Shown piece after piece: positions 17,735 to 24,000 of a stretch of DNA of 24,000 nt. The first letter of the stretch is position 1, and each line of letters starts with the position of its first letter. Position numbers and translations under genes: made by a program. The notes beneath the pieces were generated by a model. It had not been told where the DNA came from, did not search any database, and worked only from the letters and a program-made list of their open reading frames with translations. The DNA is from Isosphaeraceae bacterium (lineage in GTDB: Bacteria > Planctomycetota > Planctomycetia > Isosphaerales > Isosphaeraceae): positions 2,529,641-2,553,640 of the forward strand of contig BPJS01000001.1 of assembly GCA_026004735.1 (NCBI GenBank). Direction: 5' to 3'.

Positions 17735-18425
17735 GAGCGCGGGGGTCGAAATCCTGCTCGAAGATAATCACCTGCTGATCGTCAACAAGCCGGCGGGCTT
17801 GCTGACGCAGGGCGATGCCGGGGGCGAGCCGACGCTGGTGGATTGGGCAAAGCACTACTTGCGGGTCCGCTACCACAAACCGGGCAACGTGTACCTAGGG
17901 CTGGTGCATCGGCTGGATCGGCCGGTCTCCGGGGTCTTGGCGCTGACGCGGACGAGCAAGGGGGCGTCGCGGCTGGCCGAGCAGTTTCGGGCCGGGACGG
18001 TACAGAAGGTCTACTGGGCGATTGTCGAGGGGAGGTTGGAGGAGGATGAGGGCCAGTGGACCAACTGGCTGCTCAAGGACGCGCGGCACAATCTGGTGGA
18101 GGTCGTCGATCCGAGTCATCCGGGAGCGCGCCATGCGGGGCTGTCGTATCGGGTGTTGGGCCGTGAGCGCAATCGGAGTTGGCTGGAGCTGAGGCCGCTG
18201 ACGGGCCGGACGCATCAGTTGCGGGTTCAATTGGCCTCGCGGGGTTATCCGATCGTCGGCGATCGGAAGTATGGCTCGGCGGTCGATCTGCTGGCTCTGG
18301 ATGGCCGGCCGCGGATTGCGTTGCACGCGAGGCGGTTGGGATTCAACCATCCAACGACGCGGGAATGGCTGGAGCCGACGGCGGCGGTGCCGGCAGACTG
18401 GCCCGGGGAATGGCTCGAGCGATGA
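17724..18425 (+). CDS. RluA-family pseudouridine synthase
   Basis: LLEDNHLLIVNKPAGLLTQ; LGLVHRLDRPVSGVLALTRTSKGASRLAEQF; LTGRTHQLRVQLASRGYPIVGDRKYG. Overlaps the truD stop by 11 nt. Confidence 0.95.
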   Translation: MKPESAGVEILLEDNHLLIVNKPAGLLTQGDAGGEPTLVDWAKHYLRVRYHKPGNVYLGLVHRLDRPVSGVLALTRTSKGASRLAEQFRAGTVQKVYWAIVEGRLEEDEGQWTNWLLKDARHNLVEVVDPSHPGARHAGLSYRVLGRERNRSWLELRPLTGRTHQLRVQLASRGYPIVGDRKYGSAVDLLALDGRPRIALHARRLGFNHPTTREWLEPTAAVPADWPGEWLER

Positions 18426-19722
18426 GGCCGCGGCCGAGGAAGGCCAGGGGGACGCCGAGGCCGGCGGCGGCCAGGCTGGCGTAAGGTTTCCAGGAGGTCG
18501 GATCGGCGGGGGTGGGGCTGGTCGAAACCGAGGCGGGCTGGGGCGTGGGAGTGGAGGCGGGAGTCGGAGGCGTTGACGAGGGGGAGGGCTGGGGGCGTGG
18601 CTCGGGGACGGGGCCGGGATCCGTGGTGGGATCGACGGCGGGTGGGTTGGAGGGCTTGATTTGTTCGAGGACGCGCGCGGCCTGGTCCCAGAGGGAGGGG
18701 TCGCGGGGCCCGATTTCGCTGGCGACGCGGGCGGCCTGGTCGAGGGGAACCCGGCGATGGACGACTTGGAACAGATACCAGAGCACGGCGGCGCGGGAGC
18801 CGTCGCGGTCGAAGAAGAAGAGCGGACGGGCCGCGTCCTGGTTGATCTCGGCGGTGAAGCGCGCCAGGTGGGCGGGGTCCTGAATCTGACGCTCGGAGGT
18901 CGGGAGGGCGACGTAGCGGAGGCCGCTGGAGTTGATGGCCGCGAGGTCCTCGGAGCGGAGCTGGTCAAGCGGTCGGAGGTCGAGGACGGTGCGGTAGCCC
19001 TGTTCGGCGAGCCACTGCCAGCCGCGATCCGAGGGTAGGCTTCCACCGGCTAAGCGCGGCTCGACGACGGCAAACGACCGGATGCCCGGCGCGGAACTGG
19101 TCGCCGCGTCGGGCACCGGGTGAAGCGAGGCCTCGGCTGAGACCGGCGCCGGGTCGGGAACCTTCTCGGCCTCGAGCGGAACCGGGTTGAGATCGGCAGG
19201 CAGATCGAGCTTGGGCAGGTCGGCCAGGGGGTCGGGGGCGGGCGATGAACGAGCCGAGGAGGCGGGAGCCGGGTCGCGGAGAGCGGTGGCCGGCTCCCGC
19301 GAGGGCCGGTACGACTCGTAGACGGCTTTATTGGGCTTGGCCGGCTCAAGGCTAGAGCGGCCGTTGCTGGGTTGAAGGCTGCCGGTCGGGTTGGGGGCGG
19401 AGCCGGCAGGCGGCGGATTGGTCAGGGAGGGCGAGAGGTCGAGCGGTGGGGCATCCGCGCCAATGATCCCATCGGTCGGCGCGGTGATGACCGGTTCGCC
19501 GCCGCCGATCACCCCGCAATCATCGGCAGCGGGCAAGCCGATCAAGCCCGGCTCGCAGTCGTCGGCCCGGAAGAACGATGGCCCGCGCGGCGCTTTGTCC
19601 CTGTGGGTGATCCAGCGGCCGACGCGCTGGAAGAGGTTCGGCCCGGACTCCCGGCAGGGATCGGGCTGGAAGGCGCGGCAGCCGGTCAGGCTGAGGGCCA
19701 GACCGGCGGCGACAAACAGCAT
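18343..19722 (-). CDS. Putative lipoprotein with a dual-specificity/tyrosine-phosphatase-like domain lacking the catalytic Cys; Pro-rich linker and C-terminal TM
   Basis: MLFVAAGLALSLTGC lipobox; PRLAGGSLPSDRGWQWLAEQGYRTVLDLRPLDQLRSEDLAAINSSGLRYVALPTSE...PLFFFDRDGSRAAVLWYLFQV; C-terminal PYASLAAAGLGVPLAFLG. Confidence 0.75.
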   Translation of the reverse strand: MLFVAAGLALSLTGCRAFQPDPCRESGPNLFQRVGRWITHRDKAPRGPSFFRADDCEPGLIGLPAADDCGVIGGGEPVITAPTDGIIGADAPPLDLSPSLTNPPPAGSAPNPTGSLQPSNGRSSLEPAKPNKAVYESYRPSREPATALRDPAPASSARSSPAPDPLADLPKLDLPADLNPVPLEAEKVPDPAPVSAEASLHPVPDAATSSAPGIRSFAVVEPRLAGGSLPSDRGWQWLAEQGYRTVLDLRPLDQLRSEDLAAINSSGLRYVALPTSERQIQDPAHLARFTAEINQDAARPLFFFDRDGSRAAVLWYLFQVVHRRVPLDQAARVASEIGPRDPSLWDQAARVLEQIKPSNPPAVDPTTDPGPVPEPRPQPSPSSTPPTPASTPTPQPASVSTSPTPADPTSWKPYASLAAAGLGVPLAFLGRGLIARAIPRASLPAPPPSAPAIPASLDG

Positions 19723-20123
19723 GGTAAGGGGGGCAGCGCGGGCGCCCGAAGCGTGGCTCGGAGAACGAGGAGGGATCATGGGGAGGGCTCCCGGCGCGTG
19801 GCATCCTGGATCGAGCCAGGGGACCGTAAACCGCGGCCCGGGAGGTCGCTGGTGAGGTTGAGGCTCATCCGGGGTGCTCGCGCGTCGATGCGTCGTGGGC
19901 TAATCGCCAGGTGCAATCGGAACCATTCCGAGAGCCCGAGCCGCAGACGCGGGCGAACCGATTGCGCCGAACAGGTCGGTGGAAGCGGTTGCGCGAAGAT
20001 GCGGACTCGGACACCGGAAGCATCCCCGGGCAGAACCGGAGACGTTGCTGAAAACTAGCCGACGAATGCGGGTTTGCCAAACGCGGAAGCAGGTTTCTAG
20101 GATGAAACGTTGGAGGCTTGTCG

Positions 20124-21497
20124 ATGCGATCGTCACCACCGACAGAGACGCCCGGCACGGGCCTGAGACAGAATGCGACCTGGAAAACAGGGAGGATCTG
20201 GCTGGGTGGGACGATCGTGGCGATTGTGGCGATCGTATCGGCGGCATCGGGCCTGACGAGCGAACCGGTTTTTCCGGACGAGACGGCTTACGTGACCCAG
20301 TCATACTATTTCGATCTGATGATCCGAGGGGAGCGTGATGACTGGGCCTGGGTTGAATATCATGCCTACGATCTGCCACCGCTACCCAAGTATTTGTTTG
20401 GAGCGGCGTTGCGTGCGCTGGGACGACCGGTTTCGGATCGACTGACAGCGGGCCGGTGGTTTCGGGATATCGAGCAGGAGTTGGTGCCGCGAGAGTCGGT
20501 CGTGGTGGCGCGGTGGCCGGTGGTCTTCTTCGCGGTGATGGGGTGCCTGGGTCTGTACTGTTTGGGCACGCTGGGCGTGGACGTGAGCGCCGGGTTGGCG
20601 GCCGGGTTGCTGCTGGCGATCAATCCCCTCTATCGGCTGCATGCGCACCGGGCGATGTCGGATGTGGTGGCGGAGAGTCTGGTGATCGCCGCGCTGGCGA
20701 CGGGGTTGGCCGGGTGGATGCGTCTGATGCGGGGCCGGGCGGGGGGTGGTCTGGGTTGGATGGTGGTGGCGGGGGTCGCGGCCGGTCTGGCGCCGCTGGC
20801 CAAATTGAGCGGGCTGCTGGCCGGGATGGTGTTGGCGGCCTGGTTGGTGTTGGGTTGGGTCTTGCGGCCTCAACACGCGGTGGCGTGGGTTGGGGCCGGT
20901 TTGGTGGTTTCGCTGCTGGCTGTGGGGACGTTCGTGGTCTTGAATCCGTACGTGACGGCACGACCGACGGGGGAGCCGCCGCGGCTGATGATGGGGGCCG
21001 CGGCGGAGGAGGAGTCGCCGTTGGCGCGTCTGGAGCGGATGATTCGACATCGGGCCGAAGTTTCGCAACACGCCAAACGGGCGTTTCCCGAATACGCATT
21101 GTGGACGCCCGTGGAGAAGCTGGCGGCGGTGGTGGTGCAGGGATTGGGTCGATTTGGGCCGCTGGGTCCGGCGGATCATGATTCGAGGGTGCCGTATCCG
21201 CGGTTTGCGTGGTCGCGGGATTGGGGGGCGGCGCCGTGGGGGTTGGCGGTGGTGGCGGGGATGGTGGTGCTGGTCCGACGCGGGCGGATGCAGTGGCGTT
21301 CGGGGGAGCCTGCGACGGGGTGGGCGATCGTGGTGATGGCGCTGGTGGTGTTTGGGGTGGTGACGAGTTTTCTGCCGTTGGCCTGGGATCGGTACTATTT
21401 GCCGCTTCAGCCAGCAGCGGCGCTTTTGGGGGGCGCGGCGCTGACCGAGGCAGCGCGGCGAATCACCCCCCTGCCCCGGGGTGCCGACCGTGATTGA
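20124..21497 (+). CDS. GT-C type (ArnT/PMT-like, family 39) membrane glycosyltransferase
   Basis: Multiple TMs; FPDETAYVTQSYYFD (acidic motif in first periplasmic loop), YLFGAALRALG, HRAMSDVVAESLVIAALA, SFLPLAWDRYYLPLQPAAALLGG. Confidence 0.8.
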   Translation: MRSSPPTETPGTGLRQNATWKTGRIWLGGTIVAIVAIVSAASGLTSEPVFPDETAYVTQSYYFDLMIRGERDDWAWVEYHAYDLPPLPKYLFGAALRALGRPVSDRLTAGRWFRDIEQELVPRESVVVARWPVVFFAVMGCLGLYCLGTLGVDVSAGLAAGLLLAINPLYRLHAHRAMSDVVAESLVIAALATGLAGWMRLMRGRAGGGLGWMVVAGVAAGLAPLAKLSGLLAGMVLAAWLVLGWVLRPQHAVAWVGAGLVVSLLAVGTFVVLNPYVTARPTGEPPRLMMGAAAEEESPLARLERMIRHRAEVSQHAKRAFPEYALWTPVEKLAAVVVQGLGRFGPLGPADHDSRVPYPRFAWSRDWGAAPWGLAVVAGMVVLVRRGRMQWRSGEPATGWAIVVMALVVFGVVTSFLPLAWDRYYLPLQPAAALLGGAALTEAARRITPLPRGADRD

Positions 21498-23022
21498 ACG
21501 GCGACGCAGGCTGGTGCTCGGCGTCGGTAGCGGGGTCTTTGCGTTGTTGCTGACGAACTATGCATTCTGGTGGCACGGGCGGGATTGGAACGCGGCGAGC
21601 CGGCTGATGCTGGTCTACGCGTTGGGGGATCGAGGAACGATCCGCATCAACGGCCTGGAGACCCAGACCGGGGATCTTGCGCGAGTCGGCGCGAACTACT
21701 ACACCGAGAAGCAGCCGGGGTATTCGGTGTTGGGGCTGCCGATCTATCTGGTGGTTCGGGCGGTGTCCGGGCTGGAACCGCACCCTGTGGGGGTGGAGGG
21801 CTTTCCGCGCTGGCCGGCCGACTATTGGGTGACGCTCGGGGTTTCGGGCGTGGCGACGGCCTGGACCGGGGCGTTGCTGAGCGGGTTGGCGTTGCGGATG
21901 GGAAGCGGGTCGGTGGGTGCGATCCTGGTGGGCCTGGGGTATGGGCTGGCGACGCCGGCAGCCGTCTACGCGACCCTGGCGTATAGCCACCCGTTGGCCG
22001 CGGCGCTCTTGCTGACGTCGGCGGTCCTGATCGGGATGGGGCAGGCAGGACGTGGGCCGTCGGGGTGGGCGGCGTTTGGGGCGGGATTCTTGGCGTCGTA
22101 CGCCGGGGCGACCGAACTGGCCGTGGGTCCGGTCTGCGCGATCTTGGGAATCTGGTTCATCGCGCGGACGTTACGGTCCGGCGGAGAGGGTCTCGGGCAA
22201 GTGGTTTTGTTTGGCCTGGGCGTGTTGGGACCGGCGTTGATGCTGCTGGGTTACAACACGTGGGCCTTTGGCAACCCCCTAGACACGGGATACGCCCACC
22301 TGATCCTTCCTCGCTTCCGCGAGCTGCACACGGCGTCGAATCCGCTGGGTTTGACCTGGCCGCGGTGGGACCGGCTGGGTCGCCTGCTCTGGGGCGAATA
22401 TCGAGGGCTTCTGTTTTACGCCCCGATGCTTCTGGTGGCTCCCTGGGGCTGGTGGAGGCTTGCGCGGGAACCGCGATGGCGGGGGCTGGCGGCGACTTCG
22501 GTTGCGGCGGTGCTGGCCGTCTTGGGAGTCAATCTGTCGTACCCGGAGTGGACCGGGGGCTGGACCACGGGACCGCGGCTTCTTGTGCCGGGACTTCCGT
22601 TCGCAATGGTGGGCGTAGCCGGAGTCGTGGCGGGGCGATCGCGGTTAGGGGTCGTCGTGGTGGGCGTTTTGACGGTCCTCGGTCTGGTCGTGGCGCAAGG
22701 ATTTCAGGGGGTCGGCGGTCGAGTTCCAGAAACGTATGAGCATCCCTTTCAGCAGGTTGTGGTTCCTCACTGGACGGGTCGCGGGCTGGCGCCGGGCTGG
22801 GTCGGCGACCGATTTGGGGGCAATCTGGTGACGACGTTTCTGCCCTGGATGGGCGATGACCGCGTCGTACCGCCGTCGATGCAGTGGCTGCAGTTTGTGC
22901 CGCTGTGGTTGTGGCTCATGGTCGGGACGGGTTTGCTGGTTGGGTGGTCGCGACGGGTCGAGCGGGGTCTGGAAGGAGGTTGCGGTCCGGTCCGGGAGGT
23001 TCAGGCGGCGGAGGAGGCCTGA
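21481..23022 (+). CDS. Multi-TM membrane protein, probably GT-C glycosyltransferase-like
   Basis: RLVLGVGSGVFALLLTNYAFWW, YTEKQPGYSVLGLPIYLVVRAVS, AVYATLAYSHPLAAALLLTSAVLIG and further TMs. Overlaps the end of the upstream GT-C gene. Confidence 0.65.
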   Translation: MPTVIERRRRLVLGVGSGVFALLLTNYAFWWHGRDWNAASRLMLVYALGDRGTIRINGLETQTGDLARVGANYYTEKQPGYSVLGLPIYLVVRAVSGLEPHPVGVEGFPRWPADYWVTLGVSGVATAWTGALLSGLALRMGSGSVGAILVGLGYGLATPAAVYATLAYSHPLAAALLLTSAVLIGMGQAGRGPSGWAAFGAGFLASYAGATELAVGPVCAILGIWFIARTLRSGGEGLGQVVLFGLGVLGPALMLLGYNTWAFGNPLDTGYAHLILPRFRELHTASNPLGLTWPRWDRLGRLLWGEYRGLLFYAPMLLVAPWGWWRLAREPRWRGLAATSVAAVLAVLGVNLSYPEWTGGWTTGPRLLVPGLPFAMVGVAGVVAGRSRLGVVVVGVLTVLGLVVAQGFQGVGGRVPETYEHPFQQVVVPHWTGRGLAPGWVGDRFGGNLVTTFLPWMGDDRVVPPSMQWLQFVPLWLWLMVGTGLLVGWSRRVERGLEGGCGPVREVQAAEEA

Positions 23023-24000
23023 TGGGTGGCCTGGTCGAGCTGGTCTTGGACGGCGAGCCAGACGCGCCGCGGCTCCAGTTCGGTCATGCAGGAAAGGTGG
23101 CCGCAGACTTTGAGGCAACTCGCGGCGCAGGGGAGACGGGTGGAGACGACGGCGGCGGAGGGGGAGTAGGGACCCGTACGGCGGGGATCGGTGCAGGTGA
23201 AGACGGCCAGGGTCGAAGCGCCTGCGGCGACGGCCAGATGGAGCGGGCCGGTGTCGTTGGAGAGGAACAGGTCGCAGGCGGCGGCCAGAGCGGCCAGACG
23301 TGGCAGGGAGGTCCGGCCGCAGAGGTCGAGAACCGGGATCGGGTCGAGGGCGAGCTTGAGAGCGTCGACGAGGGGTCGGTCCTCGGGAGCGCCGACGGCG
23401 ATCAGGCTGGCGCCGCGTTGCTCGACGGCCGAGCGGCCGACTTCGGCGAAATGCTGTGGGGGCCAGCGTTTGGTGGTCCATCGGGCCCCGATGTTGAGGA
23501 TCAGGCGGGGGCGTCGGAGCGGGCGAAGAAGGTGCGAGGCCCAGTCGTGGTCGTCGGGGGTGGCGGGGATGGCGAAGCGAGGCGCAACGCAGCAAGCGCC
23601 GAAGGCCGCGGCGACGCGGAGGAGGCGATCAACGGCGTGGGCCGGAGGGGAGGGAACGGGGATCCGGTGGGTGTAGGCGAGGTGGGCGGCTTCGCGGGCG
23701 TCGGCCAGACCGACCCGAACGGGCGCGGCGGTGGCCACGGTCAGGAGTGCCGACCGGAACAGGCCCTGGAGGTCGATGGTCAGGTCGAATCGGCGGCGGT
23801 GCAGGTCGGCGAGGGTGCGAGCCAGCACCCGTCCGCCGGTGGGGAAGCGGCCGGCAGCCTGGCGATCGAAGGGGATCACCTCGTCGAGGCCCGGCAGGCC
23901 GTGGACGAGCGAAGCGAGGCTGCGGTTGACGACCCAGGCGAAGCGGGCCGAAGGCCATCGGTCACGGAGTGCGTTGAAGGTGGGGGTGGCGTGGACGATA
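23001..24000 (-). CDS. Glycosyltransferase family 9 (ADP-heptose:LPS heptosyltransferase-like), 5' end beyond the window
   Basis: DLTIDLQGLFRSALL; LILNIGARWTTKRWPPQHFAEV; SLPRLAALAAACDLFLSNDTGPLHLAVAAGASTLAVFTCTDPRRTGPY. The frame stays open upstream of the tracked start at 23879 (IVHATPTFNALRDRWPSARFAWVVNRSLASLVHGLPGLDEVIPFD), so the tracked start is internal. Confidence 0.92.
   Translation of the reverse strand, partial: IVHATPTFNALRDRWPSARFAWVVNRSLASLVHGLPGLDEVIPFDRQAAGRFPTGGRVLARTLADLHRRRFDLTIDLQGLFRSALLTVATAAPVRVGLADAREAAHLAYTHRIPVPSPPAHAVDRLLRVAAAFGACCVAPRFAIPATPDDHDWASHLLRPLRRPRLILNIGARWTTKRWPPQHFAEVGRSAVEQRGASLIAVGAPEDRPLVDALKLALDPIPVLDLCGRTSLPRLAALAAACDLFLSNDTGPLHLAVAAGASTLAVFTCTDPRRTGPYSPSAAVVSTRLPCAASCLKVCGHLSCMTELEPRRVWLAVQDQLDQATHQASSAA

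Noticed and set aside
20382-21179. 265-aa antisense ORF in the GT-C gene
   Set aside because: R/H/Q-rich shadow frame typical of high-GC DNA; the sense strand encodes a hydrophobic multi-TM protein.
1-24000. CRISPR arrays, tRNA/rRNA genes, transposases, toxin-antitoxin or phage defence islands
   Set aside because: No regular direct-repeat/spacer pattern, cloverleaf signature, terminal inverted repeats with transposase, or characteristic defence protein motifs were seen by eye. The single HNH protein is of a common chromosomal type.

Overview
High-GC bacterial chromosomal window with a Planctomycetes-like gene set: DUF1553/DUF1501 pair, Tat-type Gfo/Idh/MocA oxidoreductase with a DoxX-like protein, HNH nuclease, CinA, SPFH plus NAD-kinase-like pair, TruD, RluA, GT-C glycosyltransferases and a GT9 heptosyltransferase. 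The most notable content is in 8713-10042, which the ORF track misses or truncates. Two adjacent genes there contain in-frame UGA codons that are very likely selenocysteine: a SelW/Rdx-like protein (CxxU motif, 8713-8955) and a full-length selenide, water dikinase SelD (CAGU motif, 8984-10042). Each UGA is followed, 22 and 33 nt later, by a perfect hairpin whose triloop starts with GU, as expected for bacterial SECIS elements. I found no CRISPR array, tRNA, rRNA or mobile element.
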